Source of the DNA: Candidatus Midichloria mitochondrii IricVA | Lineage (GTDB): Bacteria > Pseudomonadota > Alphaproteobacteria > Rickettsiales > Midichloriaceae | DNA length: 32,000 nt | NCBI RefSeq assembly: GCF_000219355.1 | Contig: NC_015722.1 | Span: 840,001-872,000 of the forward strand | Reading direction: 5' to 3' | Part shown: piece by piece, positions 19,079-29,014 of the stretch | How the letters are laid out: each line of letters starts with the position of its first letter | Numbering within the stretch: the first letter of the stretch is position 1 | Notes under the pieces: generated by a model | The model's database searches: none | Told to the model about the DNA's origin: nothing | The model's input: the letters and a program-made list of their open reading frames with translations, nothing else | Position numbers and translations under genes: made by a program

Positions 19079-19591
19079 ATGTTATCTTCCGGTACTGGCT
19101 ACTTATCAGCAAAAAAGGAAATTAGTAATAAAATCTTTTATAACAGGTAATAGCAAAACAATAACTCACAAGCCATTAGCACTTCATTAACAGTTGCTGG
19201 TATTGCTGCAACGATTCGTTTCACCCCTAATATTGATCTGATTGCTCTTTATACTGCCCTAAATGAAGGGTATTATGCAATCGCTACTTGTTATGCCACA
19301 ACTAAAATGGTCCTCAATACTGCAGTAAATGCTTATTACAACCTAAAAAGTGACTTTGAAACGATTATGCTCCTAAGCTTTATAGCCAAAACAGGATGGG
19401 ACTATTTTTACCGTAATAGTGAGAACGAAAGCATCGACCAAAGCTTACTTAAGATTGATACTGATGTGCAACATGAGCCTCAAGATTTAGTAAGAATAGA
19501 AAATCCATTTGAGCACAATTATGGGCGAGCTACTCAAATATGCATTCCCGAAGAATGCTGTCGTGAAGCGACCTCTAGTGTCTTTTCGTGA
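19079..19591 (+). pseudogene. Orphan ORF interrupted by in-frame TAA TAG, possibly related to the 17687-18813 gene
   Basis: Frame 2 reads MLSSGTGYLSAKKEISNKIFYNR**QNNNSQAISTSLTVAGIAATIRFTPNIDLIALYTALNEGYYAIATCYATTKMVLNTAVNAYYNL... with stops at 19148-19153. Its 3' end overlaps the large minus-strand ORF by 58 nt. Confidence 0.3.
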
Positions 19592-22233
19592 TCCTTGATT
19601 AAATTTTCAACTTTATTTTTAAATCCAGAGTCACTTAAAGCGCTTTCCTTAACTCTTATCCCGCCAGTAAGATATCCCATATTCGTAGACTCTGTGGCCT
19701 CTGTATAATACGCTTGAGCCAAAGAATTTCCTTGTTCTGGGCTCATTTTCACAAATTTGTTCACTCTTCCGCTATGCGTTCCAACTATTTGTTTCATCTG
19801 CTCATTATTAAGTTGAGCTAATTTATTAACCATATCTTCATCTAAGCCATTTACGATTTCAGTGATGTGGTTTCTGATTAACTTCATATCCTCCGATCTA
19901 GTAGAATCTTTACCAGATCTAAATAAATCTTCCCCAATTAATGCAGATAATTCCTCAGAAATAACCGTTTTTTTAGTCTCTAAAGTTTGTTCCTCAAAAG
20001 CTTCATAGAATTCTTCTTTTCCATCTTGCCCCGCAAGCATTTGCATCGGTGTTTTTAGTAAATTCGCTGCCTGGCTTACAACAGCGCTTGCAGCATTTAA
20101 TGTGGTTGTGGCAGTTTTAGATGCAACCGCAGCCGCATATTCTAAAGAAACAGCACCTGCATCATATGCCAACGCCCCAACCACACTACCTAATGCTTTT
20201 GCAGTATCTCGATTTAAAACACCCGAGTTGTATCCTATGCCAATTGCCGCCTTACCTAACTGTGTATAGTTTGAGTTCACGACCGCACTATAAGCATCTT
20301 CTATTAGCTTAAATTTATCTTCCTGCGCAAAAATCTCGGCAGTATCTAACACCTTCACTGCTAACTGCGCCGCATCAATACCTATTTTTTCCTTAAGCCA
20401 ACCGAGATCATACCCTCCCTTACCAATATTTGCGAATCTGTTTTGAAATAGTTTCTCAAAGGTATTTCTTATTGCTGTGTCGTCCTTTATTAAATCTCTT
20501 AACTCTCGGTTATCCTTTAAATAATCTAATGCTCCTTTAATTACTTTTAAATCCTTCTGTATTTTCTCTTGCTTTACATCGACACTTTCGTCTCTAGCTC
20601 CAAGCACTGTAAAAGAATTCTCATCGATAGAATTCAGTATCCCTTGCAAATTCTCGTGATGCTTCTCGAGCGTTGCAAGAAGAGTTGGTGATATTTTATT
20701 TATAAGTCCCTCTAACGGTTGCTTTAATTGATCTTTCTCTTGATTAAATACTTGTACAGCTTGATTTATAGATTTCTCACCTTCCACAGTTAAAGCATTT
20801 TCTTTTACTAATTGATTCGTAATACCGTTCAATGTCTCAGTATCCAAATTACATACCCACCCTCTAATTTCTGGTTTTTTACTCTCCGCAAGATCGAAAG
20901 TCTCACGAATTTTTGGAAGACTAGGTAAATTCTTTTCACCAAATCTTTCTTTAATAAGCTGAGAAATTTTACTTTGAGGATGTTGTAGACTTATTTCAAT
21001 CGCTTCCGTTAATTTCTCCATTTGGCCTTTCCAAGCTTGCTGGGTATCCTTGAACTTGTTTAAACCTTCTGAATCTAACAACATTTCCGGCAATATAGTT
21101 GAAGTATTGGTAAGCATATCTACCGTAATACTTGCTACAAACCTATTAACCTTTTCTAAGAAACCTGGATTTTTTTCCAAGTACTCTCGGAGAGCCTTAG
21201 CAGTTTCAGAATCATTTAATAAAATTTTATTTAAGGAGCTAAACAACTCCTTATTATTACCTTTTTCTACACTACCCAGCAATTTTCTAACATTATCTGG
21301 ATCTTTCGACGCAACTTTTACTACATCTAGTATTTCTGGATCAAACTTTAATGAGTCAGACAATTCTTTTAAAGGACCATGCGTTAAGGCCACCAAAAGG
21401 TTACTCACCTTCTCTGGATCGTTTATTACAGCGGCTTTTAATTCAGGATTATTTAATATTAAATCAACCACCTTACCGCCCCAAATCATTATATTATCCT
21501 TATCTCTTAAGGACTCTATAACTTTTGATAAGTCTCCCACATTGTCTAAAGCCCCAAGCAATGCAGGTAACGCTTCCATTACTCTTTCTACAAATATCTG
21601 TTGTGCACCTTTAACAGCTGGATTAGGTTCGGCTGGAGCAAAAGCTGCTCTTATATTCCCTGTAACCGCCTTATGTGCGTCTTCTGCTCTTAATGCTTCT
21701 TTTAGAGCGCCCCTAAAGTCAGCTAAAGTAGGATCACCCAAGGTATCCACAGCCTTTTGAGCGATCAACATTACATCAGGAGCAGGTTGATTCTTATCTG
21801 TCGCTATATTAATTATTTCTTGCAGCTTTTCTTGCAAATCTGGATGCTTTTTCATTCCTTCAGAAAGCTTTTGAAAAACGTCTCTTTCTTTAAAACTATC
21901 TAATAAGGCCCCAACAGTATCTCTATTTCTTTCTTGTGCTTCTCTTATAGTTGCTTCTTCTTTAGTTTCTTGCTCCTTCTTTACGGGCGTCATTAAATCG
22001 TATATTTTCTTAGCAAAATCCTCTTTGAATAAACTGCTTACGACAGAATCTCTAGCCCGTTCTAGTGATGGTTTTGATAATAAAGATAAGACCTTTGTTA
22101 AAAGCTGCTGATTATCAACTTTTACTGCTTCCCCTTCCCTAGCCCTCAAAGGAGGAGTGAGAATCTTACCGATATCTATTAAATCTTGCCTTAAAGCCGC
22201 GTCGCTTTTCAGTGCCTCAACAAAACTTGGCAC
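19534..22233 (-). CDS. Large orphan protein, main part (899 aa in the ORF track, which gives a GTG start). The frame is actually open upstream to 22362.
   Basis: Long uninterrupted ORF in an AT-rich genome. K/E/L/D-rich, helix-like composition. Ala/Gly/Thr-rich hydrophobic segment (GKAAIGIGYNSGVL...ALGSVVGALAYDAGAVSLEYAAAVASKTATTTLNAASAVVSQAANLL, about 20060-20258). No family motif that I recognise. Confidence 0.8.
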   Translation of the reverse strand: MPSFVEALKSDAALRQDLIDIGKILTPPLRAREGEAVKVDNQQLLTKVLSLLSKPSLERARDSVVSSLFKEDFAKKIYDLMTPVKKEQETKEEATIREAQERNRDTVGALLDSFKERDVFQKLSEGMKKHPDLQEKLQEIINIATDKNQPAPDVMLIAQKAVDTLGDPTLADFRGALKEALRAEDAHKAVTGNIRAAFAPAEPNPAVKGAQQIFVERVMEALPALLGALDNVGDLSKVIESLRDKDNIMIWGGKVVDLILNNPELKAAVINDPEKVSNLLVALTHGPLKELSDSLKFDPEILDVVKVASKDPDNVRKLLGSVEKGNNKELFSSLNKILLNDSETAKALREYLEKNPGFLEKVNRFVASITVDMLTNTSTILPEMLLDSEGLNKFKDTQQAWKGQMEKLTEAIEISLQHPQSKISQLIKERFGEKNLPSLPKIRETFDLAESKKPEIRGWVCNLDTETLNGITNQLVKENALTVEGEKSINQAVQVFNQEKDQLKQPLEGLINKISPTLLATLEKHHENLQGILNSIDENSFTVLGARDESVDVKQEKIQKDLKVIKGALDYLKDNRELRDLIKDDTAIRNTFEKLFQNRFANIGKGGYDLGWLKEKIGIDAAQLAVKVLDTAEIFAQEDKFKLIEDAYSAVVNSNYTQLGKAAIGIGYNSGVLNRDTAKALGSVVGALAYDAGAVSLEYAAAVASKTATTTLNAASAVVSQAANLLKTPMQMLAGQDGKEEFYEAFEEQTLETKKTVISEELSALIGEDLFRSGKDSTRSEDMKLIRNHITEIVNGLDEDMVNKLAQLNNEQMKQIVGTHSGRVNKFVKMSPEQGNSLAQAYYTEATESTNMGYLTGGIRVKESALSDSGFKNKVENLIKDHEKTLEVASRQHSSGMHI

Positions 22234-22325
22234 GACTCCGGAATCAACCCCTAAATAAGCTTCAGTTATTGTACCAAGTTCCGCCCCCTTTTTGGATAGG
22301 GCCTCAGCAATGTTTTTATCCGCTA

Positions 22326-22649
22326 TTAAATCCGTAATATTCTCTGGGTCGGCAAAAAACCTTTTTTATATGCATTAAAAGCATTGACAAGAGCAGGTAA
22401 TTCTTTGACTGATAAAATAATAGCCTGAAATACAACCTTCAAACCATTCCAACTCAATACACTAAAACTTCCCTTCTTATCAATTTCATCATTAATATTA
22501 TCTATAATATTTTGAAAGTTAACTGAATTAATAATATTTGCTAAATTTCTCTTTAGTACAGTATAATCCCCCTTCTCGGCGGCCGAATTAGATTGCGGAG
22601 CAGTTGGTGCTTCCAGTTGCGTTTCTGTATCCTCAAACAAAATACCCAT
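22326..22649 (-). CDS. N-terminal part (96 useful codons) of the same large orphan protein, separated from it by a -1 frameshift
   Basis: The ORF ends ...NAFNAYKKGFLPTQRILRI*. At TAT AAA AAA GGT TTT TTG (22354-22367) the -1 frame continues as RFFADPENITDLIADKNIAEALSKKGAELGTITEAYLGVDSGV and runs straight into the 899-aa ORF. Confidence 0.6.
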   Translation of the reverse strand: MGILFEDTETQLEAPTAPQSNSAAEKGDYTVLKRNLANIINSVNFQNIIDNINDEIDKKGSFSVLSWNGLKVVFQAIILSVKELPALVNAFNAYKKGFLPTQRILRI

Positions 22650-22706
22650 AATGCTCTAAAATGAATCCTATCCATCCTGGATTGTATTATAGATGTTGAT
22701 CCAATA

Positions 22707-23696
22707 TCAAATAATTTTTTCAATAATAAGCGGAGGCATATTATTATAAACTATTTGATAAATCAGATTTATCAATTGTAATTCAACACCTTTGTAATGA
22801 TCTAAAAGAGCTTTTATAGAAAAAAGAGTATAATATCCTTCCACAGTCTTTTTCTTAGTAAGCTGCTTGATATTATGATCTTTAGCAATTAACCTACCAA
22901 ACTCAAAATTTCTCGAAGTAGGGCCTGAGCAAGTTAAAAACAGATCTCCAACACCACCATAAGTAGAAACAGTTTGAGAATCTGCATTCAAATAACGTAA
23001 CATGGATTGCATTTCATTAATCGCTATTTTTATAAACGCTGCACTAAAATTTTCTCCTAGATCTAGCCCATTAGCAATGCCTACGCCAATTGCATAAATA
23101 TTTTTAATTGCACTACATATTTGTAATCCTATAACATCAGATATCTTTTCTAATTTGAATTTATCACTAGCAAATATCTCCTCGGTAATTGTTAGCGCCT
23201 GTTGATTATAAGAGGCTATAGTCGTTGCTGAAGCTTTGTTTTCAATTACATCTTTAGCAAAATTTGGCCCAGCTAATATAACTACTGGATTTGGAAGCTT
23301 AAGCTCATTCACAACTTGGCTCATCAACTTATTTGAGCGATTCTCTATGCCCTTAGAACATATAATAATAGGTGCTAGAATACTTGATTTTAACGCCTCT
23401 TCCAAACTTATTAACACTCTTCTTAAGTGCTGCACTGGGACCGCCAAAATGAAGGCACCAGAGTTAGCAAGATAGATATTTTCGTAAGCACCAACCACAT
23501 TATCTGCCATTACCACATCGGGAAAATAGTTCTTATTAATATGGGTTTGATTAAACTCCTTAATTTTTTCCTTATCTGTACTATAAAATATGACGTTTTC
23601 TACATTCTTAGAAGCAAGGTAAGCAAGCGCCGTACCCCATGCTCCTGCTCCTATAATAGAGACTTTATTAACCTTTTTTCTACTCTTTTTCATCAT
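22707..23696 (-). CDS. gpsA: NAD(P)H-dependent glycerol-3-phosphate dehydrogenase
   Basis: KVSIIGAGAWGTALAYLASKN Rossmann motif, then ICSKGIE and GLQICSAIKNIYAIGVGIANGL. 329 aa. Confidence 0.9.
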   Translation of the reverse strand: MMKKSRKKVNKVSIIGAGAWGTALAYLASKNVENVIFYSTDKEKIKEFNQTHINKNYFPDVVMADNVVGAYENIYLANSGAFILAVPVQHLRRVLISLEEALKSSILAPIIICSKGIENRSNKLMSQVVNELKLPNPVVILAGPNFAKDVIENKASATTIASYNQQALTITEEIFASDKFKLEKISDVIGLQICSAIKNIYAIGVGIANGLDLGENFSAAFIKIAINEMQSMLRYLNADSQTVSTYGGVGDLFLTCSGPTSRNFEFGRLIAKDHNIKQLTKKKTVEGYYTLFSIKALLDHYKGVELQLINLIYQIVYNNMPPLIIEKII

Positions 23697-25503
23697 GCAA
23701 AATTATATCCTCAACTATAAACTGAACGCCTCTTCTGTTTATTCTATTTTCTTGGAGATTTCCTATCAAGTCTAAGCATCTACCTTCGCTTTTCATTAGA
23801 AGCTGTCCTATTTTCTTCTCAAATGCTCTAAAAAATATACATTTTAGAATTTCACTACTATTTCCATAAAAGTGGTCAGTTATTGAAAGCAATAAATTAT
23901 TTTTAGAAAAAACCGATACCTGTATCAACTTTGCTTTATAAATAACAAATCTAGGGGGCGGGTTTATATTTCCAAATGGTCCCAATTTTTCAAGAGCTTG
24001 CACTAACGATAAGTTTGCAGCTCTCACTGCAATAACCGAATCTATGATAACTTCAGAAGCTTGTTCTATAAAAAGCCTTGTGCCACTATCTCTAGATAAA
24101 TTTTTCACGACATAATTAATAAAATCCCCTATCGCTCCTTCTTTGACGGTGAAGCCACCCGCCATAGCGTGCCCACCTCCGTCTATTAACAGTCCTTTTT
24201 CCTTTGCAGCTGAGATAATACAGCCTATATCAACTCCGGCAACAGATCTGGCCGAGCCTTTGCCCACTCCGTCATTAACTGATACCACCGCAACAGGTTT
24301 GTTATATTTCTCCTTAATTCTACTTGCTAAAATCCCTAACACTCCAATATGCCAATTATAACCTACCGCAAATATTACAGGGTGGTTTATATCAATATTT
24401 TTTTCTATATAATCAAACGCTTCGTTTAGTGCAGCATTCTCTATATTTTTTCTCTCCTCATTTAACAGCTCCAATTGTGAAGCCAACTTATAGCTCTCGC
24501 AAGAATTTTCAGCAATTAACAATGACACTCCCAAGCTACTTTCATCAACTCTGCCACCTGCATTAATTCTTGGACCTACTATATATCCTAAATGATGAGC
24601 TTTGGGAGTAGATTTAATTTTAGCTATATCTAATACGGTTGTAATACCTAAGTTATTTCTTTGAGCGATAAGATGGAGTCCATATCTTACAAATATCCGG
24701 TTTATGCCGATTAGAGGCATAACATCACATACTGTGCCGAGAGCAACTAAGTCAAGCAAAGTCATTAGATCCAATTCGTTGAGATTGTTATCTTTAAACC
24801 AGTTGATCTCTCTCAACTTTTTCCGCACTGCAATGATGGTAAAAAATGCTACAGCAACAGCCGCAATAGTTTTAAAAGGAAACTCGTCATCTAACTGATT
24901 TGGATTAATAATTGCATATGCTTCTGGTAATTCTGTAGGAGCTAAATGGTGATCAATCACAATCACATCCATCCCTAGAGCTTTTGCAACCCTTAAAGGC
25001 TCGTGCGACGAGGTACCACAATCGACTGTAATCATCAAATCAGTTTGTTTTTCTTTGATTTTATACATTGCTTCGACGTTCGGTCCATAGCCTTCCCTTA
25101 ATCTATTTGGAATATATATGTCTATTATAATTCCTATTGACTTAAAAAACTTATATAAGACTGCAGAAGATGTAGCACCATCTACATCATAATCACCCAA
25201 AACAGTAATTTTTTCTTTATTTAATATTGCTCTTACTATTCGTAAGGCAGCCTTCTCCATATCTTTAAACAAAAACGGGTTAGGCAGATCACTCTTGAGC
25301 TTACCATTCAAGAACTTTCCGGCTTCCTCGATTGAGGTTATCCCTCTGTTAAGCAAAACCCTACTCACCACACCATCCACACGAAGCTTTTGTGAAAAAG
25401 CAGCCACTAATCTATCATCCTGCTCCAGGACCCTCCAACTCAACCCCGCGGCCGATCTTGAATACAAAGAGCCTCCCTCACAACTAAAATCTTCCAACAT
25501 CAA
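23680..25503 (-). CDS. recJ: Single-stranded-DNA-specific exonuclease RecJ
   Basis: DHH family motifs: ITVLGDYDVDGATSSAVL, MITVDCGTSS, VIVIDHHL, GGGHAMAGGFTV. 607 aa. Confidence 0.9.
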   Translation of the reverse strand: MMLEDFSCEGGSLYSRSAAGLSWRVLEQDDRLVAAFSQKLRVDGVVSRVLLNRGITSIEEAGKFLNGKLKSDLPNPFLFKDMEKAALRIVRAILNKEKITVLGDYDVDGATSSAVLYKFFKSIGIIIDIYIPNRLREGYGPNVEAMYKIKEKQTDLMITVDCGTSSHEPLRVAKALGMDVIVIDHHLAPTELPEAYAIINPNQLDDEFPFKTIAAVAVAFFTIIAVRKKLREINWFKDNNLNELDLMTLLDLVALGTVCDVMPLIGINRIFVRYGLHLIAQRNNLGITTVLDIAKIKSTPKAHHLGYIVGPRINAGGRVDESSLGVSLLIAENSCESYKLASQLELLNEERKNIENAALNEAFDYIEKNIDINHPVIFAVGYNWHIGVLGILASRIKEKYNKPVAVVSVNDGVGKGSARSVAGVDIGCIISAAKEKGLLIDGGGHAMAGGFTVKEGAIGDFINYVVKNLSRDSGTRLFIEQASEVIIDSVIAVRAANLSLVQALEKLGPFGNINPPPRFVIYKAKLIQVSVFSKNNLLLSITDHFYGNSSEILKCIFFRAFEKKIGQLLMKSEGRCLDLIGNLQENRINRRGVQFIVEDIILHDEKE

Positions 25504-25600
25504 CCTAGCACGATCATCCCATAGTCGTATTGTTAATCCAATTTCACTTTTTAGTAAAGATATCTATATAATTAATATCATTTATATTTTGTTGACAATC

Positions 25601-26161
25601 TTAAGGCTTTCTGCTTACTGCAACCATAGCTGGCTGTAATAATCTATCTTTTATCCTGTACCCTGCTCTAATAACCTGTACTATAGTATTAGGTTCTCTC
25701 TCACCATCCTCTACCTGATTTATAGCCTCGTGGTTGTCATGATCAAATTGCTCATTTAACGGGTATATTCTTGTAATCCCATGCTTTTCAAAAACTGCAC
25801 TTAAAATCTTCTGAGTTATCAACACCCCTTCAATACAGCTTTTGACTTGCTTATTTTCAATCGATCCCGTACCTTGTATGCTTTCAGTCGCCCTATGTAA
25901 ATTTTCTAATACTTCTATTAAGTCCTTAGCAAAATTAGAAATTGAATATTTGTGAGCATCTTCCAATTCTTTTGCCGCTCTTTTCCTTACGTTTTCATTT
26001 TCTGCTTTTTCTCTTAAAAGTGCATCATTTAACGTAATCAAAGATTTTTCTAGATCTTTTACTTTATTGCTTGATTCCTCAACTGCATTTTTATTCTCAA
26101 CAGTTTGTTCGTTTACGCCATCTTGTTTTTCTGTTAAATTTTCTTGCTCCATACTTTTCAC
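25601..26161 (-). CDS. grpE: Nucleotide exchange factor GrpE
   Basis: LLREKAENENVRKRAAKELEDAHKYSISNFAKDLIEVLENL and the C-terminal GYRIKDRLLQPAMVAV. The start is GTG at 26161 or ATG at 26152. Confidence 0.9.
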   Translation of the reverse strand: MKSMEQENLTEKQDGVNEQTVENKNAVEESSNKVKDLEKSLITLNDALLREKAENENVRKRAAKELEDAHKYSISNFAKDLIEVLENLHRATESIQGTGSIENKQVKSCIEGVLITQKILSAVFEKHGITRIYPLNEQFDHDNHEAINQVEDGEREPNTIVQVIRAGYRIKDRLLQPAMVAVSRKP

Positions 26162-26184
26162 CTAATATTTAATTTTAATTTGGT

Positions 26185-26213
26185 AAATAGGTTATACTCA
26201 GTTTTTTTTCAAG
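26185..26213 (-). promoter_or_regulatory. Sigma-32 (RpoH)-type heat-shock promoter upstream of grpE
   Basis: The minus strand reads CTTGAA-aaaaaactgagtataa-CCTATTT (16-nt spacer), about 24 nt upstream of the grpE start. It matches the alphaproteobacterial RpoH consensus CTTG-N17-CCTATNT as I recall it. Confidence 0.45.
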
Positions 26214-26376
26214 AGATTATTTAGTATTTAAAATAATTAACCTCTAGGTATTAAAGCTGATATAAAGAAAAGTCTACAATATCCCAATATACTTTAGGTT
26301 TTTATTAAACCACCTAATAACCTGTTGCAGAAATCAGATAAATAATTATAAAATCTCTTTGTAGTAAAACTTTTAA

Positions 26377-27345
<969 letters not shown>

Positions 27346-27399
27346 CCCAAAGGCAAATTACCTTGCTATAAGTGGATAAAAATAATCTAATCCGCTTAT

Positions 27400-27893
27400 G
27401 TGCCTGAAAATAAAGAGTTAGCGAACGTCCTTAGGGCACTTTCGCTAGATATGGTAGAGTCAGAAAATTCGGGGCATCCTGGTTTGCCTTTAGTGGTTTG
27501 CTTATGTTATGATGGTGTTATTTTTTCAAGGATTTTTTAAAGTTCAGTCCTCACGACTTAACATGGCCTAATCGGGATATGGTGGTCTTTCTGCCGGCCA
27601 TGGTTCTGCCTCACTCTACGCTGCTCTTTTTCTAAGCGGGTATAAATTATTCAATCAACGACTCAAAACACTTTAGACAAATCCATTCAAAAACTCCAGG
27701 ACACCCAGAATATAATCCAAACCCTATAGGGTATTGAAACAACCCCCACCGGTCCTCTTGGCCATGGGCTTGCCAATGCGATCGGAATGGCAATCTCAGA
27801 GCGTTTAGCAAAAATCACAGAAATACTTACTTAACATCAATCACAAAACATATGTAATTGCTGGCGATGGGTGCCTAATGGAGGGTATTAGCT
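27400..27893 (+). pseudogene. tkt: Transketolase N-terminal fragment, frameshifted and truncated by IS copy D
   Basis: GTG start, then KELANVLRALSLDMVESENSGHPGLPL. In other frames: DLTWPNRDMVVF, FRQIHSKTPGHPE, TGPLGHGLANAIGMAISERLAK and YVIAGDGCLMEGIS, directly followed by the IS end at 27894. Only about 165 of about 660 codons are present. Confidence 0.8.
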
Positions 27894-28822
27894 AACCTCA
27901 GTTTGACGTAAGGAGTATGCCCGTGAGCCTATTTTTCCATGAGATATATTGGGTTTGAAGACATAAGCCAAGATCCCTGCCAAGAAATTGTTTGGCAAGT
28001 GATGCCGTGGTGCTGGATTTGGCAAATCTCTTTCAATTGTCCGATGGCTGTTTCAATCAATCCACGCCCTGCAAGAAGCAGTTGTTTAAAAGCCGCAAGC
28101 GGGTTTTGTTTTTCTTAAGCCGTGTGATGAGCTCAATACCTTGATTGCTCAGTGTTTTTGCTTATATACCACCGATCTCCGAATAGAAGGCCTGTCAAAT
28201 ATTGAGTCAGTTTCTCGACAGCGGCTCGATCATCTGTATTACCCGAAGTCAGTGTGAATGACATAATCTCTCCTTGATCATTGAGGCCAAAGAACCATCC
28301 GGGTCGACGTTTTCCCACGCTGAGCGATGCCTTTAAGGATCTTATTACTGCTAGTACGTGAGTTATGACAAACCTTCTCCAGCTTTTTGTTGAGTCAACG
28401 TACCTGTTTGTTTCCCTTTGCAGCAATTCAGCAGAATGACCAACGGGATGACCGCGTCTCGCATCCAGCTCAACAAAGCGATTGTAGCTGATAAGCTTCG
28501 GCAATCCCTCTCTGAGAGAGATTTGAAAACAGTTTAGGTAAAAATCTTTGAATCCGGTAATGCCCTCAAATGAAACAAAACGAGGATCGTTATAACTTCG
28601 GAAAGCATCATCCCAGACTCTCGTTCCCTTTGTCTCTGCGAGTTTCTTAAGGATCTTTGGTACGTGAGTTGTCGCTTGCAAAAATCATCAATCAAACAAA
28701 ATATTTCTACTAGGGAAACCGCTTTCCTTATTTATCGTGAAATTGAGAGAAACTTAATGGTTACACAGCTTCTTTAAAACCATATCAGATAATTTCTTTA
28801 AAACTTATCTCAAACTGGGGTT
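27894..28822 (-). mobile_element. IS982-like element, copy D (929 bp, frameshifted, small 3' deletion)
   Basis: Same termini as the other copies. Contains the longest transposase-derived ORF (28133-28681, 182 aa), which lacks both the N-terminal FCLIDDFCK segment and the C-terminal third. About 16 bp are missing near 27970 relative to copy C. Confidence 0.9.
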
Positions 28823-29014
28823 AACAAAAACACTTGATTTGAACAGCCATCGGACAATTGAAATAGATCTGCCAAACCCAGCACACCCACGGCATCGCTC
28901 GCCAAACAATTTCTTGGCAAACCTCTTCTCAGGGCTCTTGGCTTATGTTTTCAAACCCAATATATCTCATGGAAAAATAGGCTCACGGGCATACTCCTTA
29001 CGTCAAACTGAGGT
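28823..29014 (+). mobile_element. Right-end relic of another IS982-like copy (the host of nested copy D)
   Basis: aacaaaaacac, then ttgatttgaacagccatcggacaattgaaatag...ctcatggaaaaataggctcacgggcatactccttacgtcaaactgaggt, which is the 3' about 180 bp of the IS in + orientation. Confidence 0.75.

Noticed and set aside
21050-21760. 236-aa plus-strand ORF inside the large orphan gene
   Set aside because: It lies entirely antisense to a much longer ORF. Its composition is low-complexity S/L/F/N-rich, typical of the reverse frame of a K/E/L-rich gene. There is no RBS context, so I treat it as a shadow ORF.
23236-25639. Several 64-114-aa plus-strand ORFs (23236-23475, 23427-23720, 24143-24361, 24324-24566, 24704-24898, 25295-25639)
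   Set aside because: All are antisense to gpsA and recJ, which are confidently identified, and none has recognisable motifs. The same reasoning applies to 3901-4107, 6247-6513, 7739-7921, 9432-9668, 16443-16739 and 20121-20312.
28133-28681. 182-aa ORF in IS copy D as a possibly functional transposase
   Set aside because: It starts downstream of the IS982 N-terminal FCLIDDFCK segment and runs through stretches that are out of frame relative to the family pattern (for example DARRGHPVGHSAELLQRETNRY instead of MRDAVIPLVILLNCCKGKQTG). It also lacks the C-terminal third. It is a chimeric frame of a dead gene.
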